Source of the DNA: a virus
Virus record (IMG/VR): IMGVR_UViG_3300020048_000018
Span: 1-64,000 of that record
Reading direction: 5' to 3' (one strand)
Length of the DNA: 64,000 bases
Below the pieces are notes generated by a model that was not told the origin of the DNA, searched no databases, and saw nothing but the letters and a program-made list of their open reading frames with translations. Shown here one piece after another: positions 30,440-39,280 of the stretch (its first letter is position 1; each line of letters starts with the position of its first letter). The position numbers and the translations under genes were made by a program.

Positions 30440-30480
30440 AAAGTTTTGAACTTTTTAATATTCTCCTATATATTATGTAT
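30440..30480 (+). promoter_or_regulatory. Conserved phage early promoter, copy 4
   Basis: Consensus match. Confidence 0.8.
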
Positions 30481-30496
30481 AGGAGGATTTAGAAAA

Positions 30497-30766
30497 ATGT
30501 GTGAAAAGAAATGTTTCAGTTACAGGGGGGCTACAGAGCATTTAGTAGGTCTTAAACACCTTACAGGTCTTGATGAGCTTCCTAAGTTCATCTACTATTG
30601 TGAAGAACACCATACATATCATGTAACAAGAAGCCCACCTGATTGGAATGTGAAAAGGATTAGGGGTGTGAAAGTAAAGTTAATGGCTGAACTTAGAAAC
30701 CACAAGCAGAAGAAATATGAATTAGATTATGAAGAAAACCTGTCGCTGTTAGCGACAATGAATTAA
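30497..30766 (+). CDS. Hypothetical protein
   Basis: True start is probably MCEKK after AGGAGG; the ORF-track extension runs through the promoter. Confidence 0.65.
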   Translation: MCEKKCFSYRGATEHLVGLKHLTGLDELPKFIYYCEEHHTYHVTRSPPDWNVKRIRGVKVKLMAELRNHKQKKYELDYEENLSLLATMN

Positions 30767-30789
30767 AGAAATAAGGAAAATAAAAGAAA

Positions 30790-31092
30790 ATGAATTACAT
30801 TGCAATCATGGATTTTTCTAAGGTACCAAATAGTTGTGAAATTAAAATGGTACGATCCAAGTCAGAAGCTTTTGAGGCTATTGGGACAGTCGAGAATGGA
30901 CACCGAAACATAGCAGTTGAGGAATCCACTTTGGAAAAACCCTATCTGTGTAAAATAGCAGATAAGAGGTTTGGATGTATAGTCCCCAAGAACTTCCATG
31001 AAAATCCTACGGAATATGTAAATGCAGTTATGCTTAAAATTGAAAAGAAATATAACCTTACCTTCAAGGGTGAAGAGGGTATGTACGAGTAA
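30790..31092 (+). CDS. Hypothetical protein
   Basis: ORF track, RBS. Confidence 0.65.
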   Translation: MNYIAIMDFSKVPNSCEIKMVRSKSEAFEAIGTVENGHRNIAVEESTLEKPYLCKIADKRFGCIVPKNFHENPTEYVNAVMLKIEKKYNLTFKGEEGMYE

Positions 31093-31126
31093 TTTTTGAG
31101 TTTAAGATATCGTTACTAATTCTTTA

Positions 31127-31501
31127 ATGAAAGAACTTCAAAAAGAACAGTATGTTATCTATGAACCATACCTTAAAAAGGTATACGAAAATCCGGTAAA
31201 CTTCAATGTCTCTTATGGTGTTGATTTTTATTTTAAGTTTCCAGACCTTGTTGATATGAAGCAATGTTGCTTTAATCAGGAAAAGTCTGCTTTACGAAAG
31301 TTGAGAAAATTACGGTCAGCGTATCTTGAAGGAAACCGTAATAGACAAACTTACAGGAGCAGAATTTTTGTAGGAGAAGATTCTCCTGAGGGATTGCATA
31401 GACCCAATCAACAAGAGTTTGAAACTGAATTGCTATCTATATTTGATAGACACTATGTAGTTAGAAAAGTTTTAACTACAATACAAATACTAGATGAATA
31501 A
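31127..31501 (+). CDS. Hypothetical protein
   Basis: ORF track. Confidence 0.6.
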   Translation: MKELQKEQYVIYEPYLKKVYENPVNFNVSYGVDFYFKFPDLVDMKQCCFNQEKSALRKLRKLRSAYLEGNRNRQTYRSRIFVGEDSPEGLHRPNQQEFETELLSIFDRHYVVRKVLTTIQILDE

Positions 31502-31518
31502 AAGAATTGGAGGTTTAT

Positions 31519-31935
31519 ATGAGATATCTCGAAAAACAGGGCGACCTTTTTGCTGAGGAAAATACTATGTTAGCTCATTGTATTTCAGCAGATTATGCTC
31601 TTGGTGCAGGAATAGCAGTACCCTTTGACAGAAAATACAATATGAAGGAAAAACTGAATATTGTAGGAACTCACAAGTTCCCTGATGTCATTATGATAGA
31701 CGAGGTTTTCAATCTCGTTACAAAGGATAAGTGTTATCACAAACCCACTTACCAAGACCTTCAATCTACTCTCATTCAAATGAGAAAAATGATTCTGGAA
31801 TTGGGTGTTCCCAACCTTGCAATCCCAAAGATAGGGTGTGGTATCGACGGGCTTGATTGGGGTAAAGTTTCTGAAATGATAAAAGAAACTTTCAAGAACG
31901 TGGATATTTCCATTACGGTATGTACCATAGATTAA
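31519..31935 (+). CDS. Macrodomain protein, TARG1/Poa1p/DarG-like ADP-ribosyl hydrolase
   Basis: GDLF, AHCISADYALGAGIA, FNLVTK...KPTY, LAIPKIGCGIDGLDW. Confidence 0.9.
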   Translation: MRYLEKQGDLFAEENTMLAHCISADYALGAGIAVPFDRKYNMKEKLNIVGTHKFPDVIMIDEVFNLVTKDKCYHKPTYQDLQSTLIQMRKMILELGVPNLAIPKIGCGIDGLDWGKVSEMIKETFKNVDISITVCTID

Positions 31936-32047
31936 TTAGGTTTCTCCAAAATTAAAAAAGCTTTTGTTAATATATAATTAGCAAAAGCTTTTTAAATTTA
32001 AATAGAAAATGAATTAAAAGGAACTAAATAATTATTAGGAGCTACAT

Positions 32048-32287
32048 ATGTCAAACAATATTATAGAACATTTTGAGGATACTACAGGAATTGAGTATTC
32101 GCTATTTAAGTCTGAAGTTTTTGAGATGCTTACGGAACTGTTTCAGACAGGGATGAAGGATGAAGAGTATTATGAAGAATGTTCTCAGATGGTTCAAGAC
32201 TTTATTGGAAACCAAATTTCAGTTGATTATGACCAATTGAATGAACTTTCGTCCTTTATGGTAGTGCAATTCTTCTCAGAAGATTAA
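32048..32287 (+). CDS. Small acidic hypothetical protein
   Basis: ORF track, RBS AGGAG. Confidence 0.65.
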   Translation: MSNNIIEHFEDTTGIEYSLFKSEVFEMLTELFQTGMKDEEYYEECSQMVQDFIGNQISVDYDQLNELSSFMVVQFFSED

Positions 32288-32307
32288 TTTTCTTCTAAAT
32301 TCCCTAA

Positions 32308-32348
32308 AAAGTTTTGAACTTTTCTGAAATATCCTATATATTATATAG
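32308..32348 (+). promoter_or_regulatory. Conserved phage early promoter, copy 5
   Basis: TTGAAC at 32314-19, 17-nt spacer, TATATT at 32337-42. Confidence 0.8.
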
Positions 32349-32356
32349 GAAAGGGT

Positions 32357-32504
32357 AGAAGTTTGGCACAGGTTGCCAGACGTTTTTTGGAGAAAAATAT
32401 GTGGAGTAAAATCCACTACTAGGGTTCAAATCCCTGAACAAGTGGTCGGCACTTGGGTTAATTACCCCTAAAAAACTTGTTGGGTTCGAGTCCCAAAGCT
32501 TCTA
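32357..32504 (+). ncRNA. Atypical tRNA-like structured RNA (~148 nt)
   Basis: 7-bp acceptor-like stem AGAAGTT(32357-63)/AGCTTCT(32497-503); D-arm-like TGGCA-CAGGT-TGCCA; two T-arms (AGGG-TTCAAAT-CCCT and TTGGG-TTCGAGT-CCCAA); additional hairpins; no encoded CCA. Confidence 0.55.
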
Positions 32505-32533
32505 AAGAACTGATAAGATTGGAGGTTAGTAGT

Positions 32534-33859
32534 ATGGAAAAGAAAGCTATGGAAATTTGCAAAACACTCCAAAACTCAGGACATCAAGCACTGTTTGTAG
32601 GTGGTTTTGTTCGGGATAAATTACTTGGAAAAAAAGCTCACGACATTGATATTTGTACAGATGCTCTCCCCACTCAAATAGAAAACCTTTTTTGGAAAAC
32701 TGTTGGAGTAGGAAAAGAGTTTGGTACAATTGTAGTCCCTATGAAGGAGTTTTCTTTCGAGGTTACTACATTCAGAGCAGACTCAAAATCCTCAGATGGT
32801 CGAAGACCTGACAGAGTAGACTTCTCAAAATCTTTTTCCGAGGATTCTTCTCGAAGGGACTTAACCATCAATGCAATTGGGTTTGACCCTATCAAGGATA
32901 CCTTGTTTGACCTCCATGGTGGAGAGTCAGATATAAAAAACAAAGTTATCCGTTTTGTGGGTAATCCCTCAGACCGGCTTGCAGAAGATCGGCTCAGAGC
33001 TTTAAGAGCTATTCGTTTTTCTGCCCAACTTGGTTTTACCATTGAAGAAAACTCTTGGAAAGCCATTTGCGAAATCGGACACGATGATTCTGCCTTGAAA
33101 AATCTTTCATGGGAGAGGATTCGTGATGAGATGATGAAGATTCTCGTTTCAGACTTTCCTGCAAAAGGAATATTCCTTCTTAAGGAATCTGGACACCTTC
33201 ACCATATTCTCCCTGAGTTCGACAACATGTGGTGTTGTCACCAGAGCAAGAGATGGCACAGTGAGGGAACTGCCGCAATCCATACACTTTCTGTTTTGTC
33301 AAAATGTCTTACGAATACCTTTGTTGACAGAATGGCTTGTTTGCTCCATGACATTGGTAAACCCAACTGCTTAGAACTTAAAGATACAGAAGATGGATGG
33401 TGGAAAATCACAAACAAATGCCATGACATCGTGGGTCATTCCATTGCGGAAGTCATTTGTTCAAGATTGAAAATTCCTTCGGCTGAATCCGAAGCAATCT
33501 GTGATGCAGTAAGGTTTCACATGGATGCCCATCACTTGACCGAGATTAAAAAGGTTTGGAAGGTAAGACGATTCATCGGGAAAAAACATTTTTCCACGAT
33601 CATGAATCTCGCCCTCGCAGACGAGCTTGGTTCGATGTCAAAGGAACCCTATGAGTCTTTGACTGTTTTTGTGGATGCACAAAGGGCTTTGTTTCCTGTT
33701 ATGCTTCCGAAGCCTTTTATTACTGGGGATATGCTTATTGCTTCTGGCAAAAAGCCAAGCCCCGAGTTCAAGGCTATTTTGGAAGATGCCTTTAATAAAC
33801 AACTCAGTGGTTCTTCGGAAGAAGAATTAGTAAGAAGATTTTGTAAGAGGAGTAACTAA
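32534..33859 (+). CDS. cca: CCA-adding tRNA nucleotidyltransferase with HD domain
   Basis: VGGFVRD, DIDI, RRDLTINA, EDRLRALRA, ERIRDE, H...LLHDIGK; RBS GGAGG before ATG 32534. Confidence 0.9.
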   Translation: MEKKAMEICKTLQNSGHQALFVGGFVRDKLLGKKAHDIDICTDALPTQIENLFWKTVGVGKEFGTIVVPMKEFSFEVTTFRADSKSSDGRRPDRVDFSKSFSEDSSRRDLTINAIGFDPIKDTLFDLHGGESDIKNKVIRFVGNPSDRLAEDRLRALRAIRFSAQLGFTIEENSWKAICEIGHDDSALKNLSWERIRDEMMKILVSDFPAKGIFLLKESGHLHHILPEFDNMWCCHQSKRWHSEGTAAIHTLSVLSKCLTNTFVDRMACLLHDIGKPNCLELKDTEDGWWKITNKCHDIVGHSIAEVICSRLKIPSAESEAICDAVRFHMDAHHLTEIKKVWKVRRFIGKKHFSTIMNLALADELGSMSKEPYESLTVFVDAQRALFPVMLPKPFITGDMLIASGKKPSPEFKAILEDAFNKQLSGSSEEELVRRFCKRSN

Positions 33860-34032
33860 TGCACAAACACAATTTTATTGTTATGAATGAGTTTTCTACC
33901 GACAGTCAAGCCGAACAACTTTGTTCAATGGGTCTAAGACCTAATACATGGACTTCGTTTTCAAAGAAGTATATTACCGATTTCAAGTGTACTATCTGTA
34001 ATAAGATGATACGCAAAATAGTAAAGAGTTAA
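33859..34032 (+). CDS. Small hypothetical protein (57 aa)
   Basis: Manual translation MHKHNFIV...CTICNK; coupled to the cca stop. Confidence 0.5.
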   Translation: MHKHNFIVMNEFSTDSQAEQLCSMGLRPNTWTSFSKKYITDFKCTICNKMIRKIVKS

Positions 34033-34046
34033 GAAGGGGGAACCAT

Positions 34047-34229
34047 ATGAATATCTCAGTGAAAATTACCCCCATAAAGGGTAGAAGTATCGAGAAGGTT
34101 TGTGGAGATGTTAAAGAACTTTCTGAGTTCCTAAAGTCGGAAATTGTTTTCGAGTTTAATGGTGTTCCCATAACCACTGAAAATAAATCCATCAACGAAA
34201 TGGTTTTAAGTTATTCAACTGCCAGATAA
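34047..34229 (+). CDS. Small hypothetical protein
   Basis: ORF track, RBS. Confidence 0.55.
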   Translation: MNISVKITPIKGRSIEKVCGDVKELSEFLKSEIVFEFNGVPITTENKSINEMVLSYSTAR

Positions 34230-34238
34230 GAGGAACTT

Positions 34239-34508
34239 ATGTATTGTTCTAACTGTAAAGAACTAACACATTTAAATCATGAGCCTATGAGATACACGAG
34301 TATCCAAGCTCATGAAAGAAATATGAATTATCAATCAGACTTTCAAGGTCTGAGAGAAGTGGTTATTGAAAAGTTTAAACAGGAATGTCTCAGAAAAGAT
34401 GTAATCTGGTCTAAGTTATTTGAGGAAAAATCTGGTGAGATAGTTGCCAGTTTTTTTAAGGAAGGAACCCAATGGTCATTCAAAACCTATATTCTGGGGG
34501 AATATTAA
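34239..34508 (+). CDS. Hypothetical protein
   Basis: ORF track, RBS GAGGA; N-terminal CxxC. Confidence 0.6.
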   Translation: MYCSNCKELTHLNHEPMRYTSIQAHERNMNYQSDFQGLREVVIEKFKQECLRKDVIWSKLFEEKSGEIVASFFKEGTQWSFKTYILGEY

Positions 34509-34727
34509 ATGGTAGGAAAAATACGATCTTGGGTTGAAGCCCCGAAATGGGCAAATGTTTCTAATTTCATAAAGAACCTTGCTTGGGAACTTGGACTGGA
34601 ATGTACCGTCGAAGTTGACAAGGGTTGGATACGGGAAACAGTAAGATATGTTGTTGAAGGTGAAGAAGCCAAATTACGAACATTCAAGGATAAACTTTTA
34701 TCCACAGCCCGAGCGTACAACAATTAA
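34509..34727 (+). CDS. Hypothetical protein
   Basis: ORF track. Confidence 0.65.
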   Translation: MVGKIRSWVEAPKWANVSNFIKNLAWELGLECTVEVDKGWIRETVRYVVEGEEAKLRTFKDKLLSTARAYNN

Positions 34728-34743
34728 TCTAACTAGGAAATAT

Positions 34744-35031
34744 ATGAAGTTTATAAATCTTATCAATGAAGAAATAAGTTTAGCTCTTAAGTCAGGAAGT
34801 GCAAACATTACCGGACTATTCAGGGCTAGAGAAATTTATATAAATTCCAAATCCGAATTGGAAGAAGTGAAACATTTTGAGCTTGACACCAAAAAAATTT
34901 CCTCTACAATATTTAAAAGCTCTGCGGGAGTATTAGGATGGGACGGAACAATTCTTCCAATAATATCTTCTGCACTAAAAACAGAAATTGAGTCTCAAGT
35001 TCAAAAATATCTTGAAACATTCAACAGGTAA
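34744..35031 (+). CDS. Hypothetical protein (MKFINLINEEI..., possible virion protein)
   Basis: ATG 34744 follows AGGA. Confidence 0.55.
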   Translation: MKFINLINEEISLALKSGSANITGLFRAREIYINSKSELEEVKHFELDTKKISSTIFKSSAGVLGWDGTILPIISSALKTEIESQVQKYLETFNR

Positions 35032-35158
35032 TACCTAAAAAGTAAATGTGTAATGTAAGCAATTGTGTACATTAAGTATCAGTATTTAAGATAATATACT
35101 CAATTGTTTACATTATAAAAATCTATTCAACTTTAAGTTTTAAGTTAATATATTATCT

Positions 35159-35902
35159 ATGAATACTATTAAAACCATTAAAGTAAAATCCTTGAAACAG
35201 TTGTCGAGGATTAAGTCAATTGACAACCCAACTATTTTAGACCTAACTCAGCTAAAGGAAAGCAAGCTTAGCAAGGAGTGTTTTCCCAGATCAAAAGTAG
35301 GTCTAGTAAAAATTATATTCCAAAACAGTTTGGAATATATTGATACACGTCTTTGTGAAAATGCAATAAATCTTGAGACGGTAGAAAATCTCCCAATGCT
35401 CAAGTTTATCGGTGACGAGGCTTTTCTTAATTGTAGTAAATTGGTAAGTTTCCCTTTTTCTCCTTCAATAAATTATATTGGAGTTTCAGCTTTTCAATTC
35501 TGCACCTCCTTAAAGGGGATATCTCTTTGGAATGTACCTTTAGTTTCTAAGAGCTGTTTTGATTATTGTAATTCCGTAGAAAAGATTGTTATGTATGGAG
35601 TAAAGGTTATAGACCATCATGCGTTTGCTTGCAATCTAAAGTTAAAAGAAATATATCTTCCTGAAACTGTAGAAAAGATTTCAAACTTAGCTTTTCAAGC
35701 AGGAATAAATACTGAACGATTAACCTCTATGGCTTCTGTTCCCCCTCAGATTTGTCAAGAGTCATTTACTTGTTGCAGTTTCAAGAAGATTCTTGTTAAA
35801 AAAGAATCTTTAGAATTATACAAGACAGCAAAAAATTGGGAAAAGTATTCCTCCATTATGGTAGGTTTTGATGATACAAGTATTGAGGAAGTAATAAAAT
35901 GA
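35159..35902 (+). CDS. Leucine-rich repeat protein, BspA/TpLRR (LRR_5) type
   Basis: Repeats of the IGxxAFxxCxxLxxIxxP type (FIGDEAFLNCSKL, YIGVSAFQFCTSL, VIDHHAFACNLKLKEIYLPETVEKI). Confidence 0.85.
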   Translation: MNTIKTIKVKSLKQLSRIKSIDNPTILDLTQLKESKLSKECFPRSKVGLVKIIFQNSLEYIDTRLCENAINLETVENLPMLKFIGDEAFLNCSKLVSFPFSPSINYIGVSAFQFCTSLKGISLWNVPLVSKSCFDYCNSVEKIVMYGVKVIDHHAFACNLKLKEIYLPETVEKISNLAFQAGINTERLTSMASVPPQICQESFTCCSFKKILVKKESLELYKTAKNWEKYSSIMVGFDDTSIEEVIK

Positions 35903-36063
35903 TACGGGATTCAATTATATATCGAGTAGCAATATGTGAGTGTAATAATATGATTGTGTATATTCCAGCAACACAAGCCTTGCCAAATTTTTGCCCCAAA
36001 TGTGGCAGGGGAAACGAAGCCCCAGTTACACAGCCTACAGTAACTCCAAATAAGGATAGTTAA
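35899..36063 (+). CDS. Small Zn-ribbon protein (54 aa)
   Basis: Manual translation; CEC...FCPKCG. Confidence 0.55.
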   Translation: MIRDSIIYRVAICECNNMIVYIPATQALPNFCPKCGRGNEAPVTQPTVTPNKDS

Positions 36064-36064
36064 T

Positions 36065-36802
36065 ATGGAAGTTAGAAGATGCTCAACACCCTTAAGTGTA
36101 AGTGAACCAAAACCAATATTAATAGTAGATGGGAATAATGTTCTTCATGCTTGTTTTTTCAAAACCGAGTTTTTTTCAGAAGACCTTAGAGCACAAGAGA
36201 CCCTTCGGTTGTTTAAGGAAAGAGTAATTGGTTTTGTAAGAAAGCTTCATCCAAGTAAAACGTATGTTGCATGGGATTCAGATAATGCAACAGCATGGAG
36301 GAAATCAATTTTTCCAAACTACAAAGGTACAAGACCCGAGAAACATGTAGCATTAAGAGAAGCTCTAAGCGAAGCAACCAATATTAATTTTAACAATGTT
36401 AAAGTTGACATGGCTGAGGGTGATGATACCATTTATGCACTCTGTAAAATATTTGAGGGTAAAGATATTACAATTGTTTCCAGTGACAAGGACTTCCTTC
36501 AAATCCCACAAGAACAAAAAAAGGTAAGGATTTTTAATTTATTAAAAAATGACTACAGGGAAATTCCTGAATATGATGTAGCATTGATGAAGTCCCTTTC
36601 TGGGGATACTTCGGATAATTTAACTGCGTTGGTAGGTATCGGGGAAAAGAAAGCTCTAAAGCTTATGGAATCCAATTTAACAACTCTTACCCCAGAGCAA
36701 CACGAAATAGTAGAAAAACATTTACAGGTAATTAAGTTTAGCAAAAATCCAAATGTGGAACAGTTTAAGAAAAGTGTTGCAGAAGTTATTTCAAAGTACT
36801 AA
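36065..36802 (+). CDS. 5'-3' exonuclease (Pol I N-terminal / T4 RNase H family)
   Basis: IVDGNN, AWD, WRK.IFPNYKGTR, EGDD, VSSDKDFLQ, GDTSDN...GIGEKKA. Confidence 0.9.
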   Translation: MEVRRCSTPLSVSEPKPILIVDGNNVLHACFFKTEFFSEDLRAQETLRLFKERVIGFVRKLHPSKTYVAWDSDNATAWRKSIFPNYKGTRPEKHVALREALSEATNINFNNVKVDMAEGDDTIYALCKIFEGKDITIVSSDKDFLQIPQEQKKVRIFNLLKNDYREIPEYDVALMKSLSGDTSDNLTALVGIGEKKALKLMESNLTTLTPEQHEIVEKHLQVIKFSKNPNVEQFKKSVAEVISKY

Positions 36803-36813
36803 AGGAGTATAAG

Positions 36814-37695
36814 ATGAAAGGATTAAATAAAATTGTTAAGGGTATTACACAGACTTTTCTGTCAAGATTTGTTTCAAAAAAAGAATTGGAAAACAAAAAA
36901 TTGGTAGAAGTTTCTGCTGGTGATTACTTTAAGATTCTAAAGGATAAAAAGCAGAAGATAACAGATGGATCACTTACTACAATCTATGATAACTGTCTTG
37001 TTCTCCTAGATAAATATGACCGAACAGGTCAAATAGATGCTATGAAAAAACTTATGTTCCATCTTGAGACAATTGAAAAAGAACGTGAGGTTTTAAATGC
37101 AGGATTAGACACTTTTGTGTATCTAAATGATGTGAAACAGTATGTTGAAAAAGTTCAAGAAAGAGTTGTTAAAATAATCGAACTGGAAAAGTATGAACGT
37201 GAAATTCCAGATGACGTAATAGCAACTTATGAAAAGGTTAAACACCTTTTCTCAAAGTTCTTTGTAGTGTTCACTGATTTCACAAAAGAACATACTAAAA
37301 AAATTGAGAAAGAACGTGATCCAATATTGTTTGGTATGTTCCAAGATAAAGCCTCAGGCTCAAACTGTGAAAGACTTTATTTTATAGGTGATTGGGAAGA
37401 TGAGTTTTGTGACCTTACACTAGATCGTCTTATATCCGAAATGAAACCCCAACATGAAAAAGAACAAATCGAGTTTAATATTCGAGAACCAAAATCTTTA
37501 GAAGAACTGAGACAAAAGTTGGTGGACCTTGAAAATGAAAATAAGACTTCAAGAATAAATAATAACAATAATAGTTATTATATTATGAACACAAATTCAA
37601 CCTCTGGAACATTATCAACACCTATAGTATCTGTAATTCAAACAGAACCGGAAAAGAAAAAATCTACTTCTAAGAAATCAGAAGTAAAGAAATAA
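36814..37695 (+). CDS. Hypothetical protein
   Basis: 293 aa; RDPILFG...RLYFIGDWEDEFCDLTLD block. Confidence 0.75.
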   Translation: MKGLNKIVKGITQTFLSRFVSKKELENKKLVEVSAGDYFKILKDKKQKITDGSLTTIYDNCLVLLDKYDRTGQIDAMKKLMFHLETIEKEREVLNAGLDTFVYLNDVKQYVEKVQERVVKIIELEKYEREIPDDVIATYEKVKHLFSKFFVVFTDFTKEHTKKIEKERDPILFGMFQDKASGSNCERLYFIGDWEDEFCDLTLDRLISEMKPQHEKEQIEFNIREPKSLEELRQKLVDLENENKTSRINNNNNSYYIMNTNSTSGTLSTPIVSVIQTEPEKKKSTSKKSEVKK

Positions 37696-37699
37696 TTCT

Positions 37700-38080
37700 A
37701 TGGCTAATATGGATGATATTGATTTAACAAGAGGTAGAATCTTTAGCCAAAATATGTCTCAAGTCAGACCTACTCAGGGAACCCTGTTAGACCAAGTAAG
37801 ATTTGATCTTGATGAAATTCTTGGTAAAGGAAAACTTTTAGATGATTTTAATGAGTTATTTTGGTCTTGGGATAAAAAAGAGGATTCCTTTCTAATAAGT
37901 CAGTTCTTTAATTTCCATGTTAAAGATCCTTATGACTTTTATACAGGGAATTGTTTTAGATGTGGGAAGTCCTTAGTAATATGGGACACTGAAACTGATT
38001 TATGCAATGAGTGCAAAGAAAGAAGAAACCTAGGGGATGTAAGGTTTTATAAATCCGAAACAAAAAATATGAAACTTTAA
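37700..38080 (+). CDS. Hypothetical protein with C-terminal Zn finger
   Basis: CFRCG...LCNEC. Confidence 0.65.
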   Translation: MANMDDIDLTRGRIFSQNMSQVRPTQGTLLDQVRFDLDEILGKGKLLDDFNELFWSWDKKEDSFLISQFFNFHVKDPYDFYTGNCFRCGKSLVIWDTETDLCNECKERRNLGDVRFYKSETKNMKL

Positions 38081-38089
38081 GGAAGATAA

Positions 38090-38476
38090 TTGAAAACCTC
38101 CTATTTTTCCATGCTAGATTTAATTGACTACCCCATAGCTATATGTGGAAAAGTCCCCGACTTCTATTTAGATCGGGGATTACCCACATGTAAAAAGCTT
38201 GCACCTAAAATAGGTTTTTTCAAGGATTGGAAAAATGGAATCATTGATAATAATGGGTATATTGTAGAATATAAAAAACAAGTTCTAGACCTTCTAAATC
38301 CAAAAGAAGTGTTTAAGGAACTCTGTGAGATATATCCTAACGTAGATGATTCCAAAATAATGTTAATATGTTATGAGTCCACTCGTGGTGGAAAAGATAA
38401 AGTATTTTGTCATAGAAACTTAGTAGCCTCTTGGTTAAGGGATAATGGTTTCCCCTGTGAAGAGTTTAAGCCTTAG
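38090..38476 (+). CDS. DUF488-family protein
   Basis: TSYF, KLAP, Y..EY...VL, LICYE...FCHRNLVASWL. Confidence 0.75.
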   Translation: MKTSYFSMLDLIDYPIAICGKVPDFYLDRGLPTCKKLAPKIGFFKDWKNGIIDNNGYIVEYKKQVLDLLNPKEVFKELCEIYPNVDDSKIMLICYESTRGGKDKVFCHRNLVASWLRDNGFPCEEFKP

Positions 38477-38506
38477 TTGTAATATCTAGTTAGTAACTAA
38501 CTAATA

Positions 38507-39280
38507 ATGGATAGTATTATTAGTTTTTGTGAACCTCATTTAACTCGTTATAAAAATTTTTTAAACTCAAGACCTTTAAGAGACTTAAAAAAAGAATCTG
38601 GTTTTAATATACACCATATTATACCTACTAGCTTAGGTGGTGGAAACCTACCTGATAACTTAATTAAACTAACCATAAGAGAGCACTATATTGCTCATAT
38701 GATACTTTGGAAAGGTTGTGGTGGAAAAATGTCCTATGCGTTTAAGCGTATGATTAACTCAGCTTCTATAAGATTTGGTTTAACCTCTAGGCAAGTCTAC
38801 CACCTTAGGAAGAGTCTTTTTGTTTCAAAAGAAACAAGGGAAAAGATTTCTAAGACTATGACAGGTCGTAAATACTCCTTAGAACTAAGAGAGAAACTTT
38901 CACTTTCCCATATAGGTAAAAAACTATCTGAGGAAACTAAAGAGAAACAAAGAACTTATCATAGGAATAATCCAAATGTCTTCTCTGAAAGTACTAGAGA
39001 TAAAATTTCAAAGGGTCTTACAGGAAGGAAACTTACGGATGAGTCAAGACAAAAAATGAGTAATGCACAGAAGGGACACCCAAACTTAGCTCTTTCTAAG
39101 CCAGTTTTATGTATAACAACAGGGGAAGTCTATCAAAGTGCCTCCGTTGTGAAGAGAGATACCGGAGTTAGTGTAAGTAATTGCTGTATAGGTAAAACAA
39201 AAACGGCTGGAGGTCAAGAATGGAAATATATTTCTAAGATAGAATATTCAAGTTTTGTCTCAAATAAATTACCTTCTTAA
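38507..39280 (+). CDS. HNH homing endonuclease with NUMOD3 repeats and NUMOD1 domain
   Basis: HHIIPTSLGGGN...NLIKLTIREHYIAH; repeated SxETREKIS...GRK; KPVLCITTGEVYQSAS...GGQEWKY. Confidence 0.9.
   Translation: MDSIISFCEPHLTRYKNFLNSRPLRDLKKESGFNIHHIIPTSLGGGNLPDNLIKLTIREHYIAHMILWKGCGGKMSYAFKRMINSASIRFGLTSRQVYHLRKSLFVSKETREKISKTMTGRKYSLELREKLSLSHIGKKLSEETKEKQRTYHRNNPNVFSESTRDKISKGLTGRKLTDESRQKMSNAQKGHPNLALSKPVLCITTGEVYQSASVVKRDTGVSVSNCCIGKTKTAGGQEWKYISKIEYSSFVSNKLPS

Noticed and set aside
32357-32504. tmRNA or canonical tRNA-Sec
   Set aside because: Too short for tmRNA, with no tag ORF and no G3.U70. There is no UCA anticodon, and the arm arrangement does not fit tRNA-Sec.
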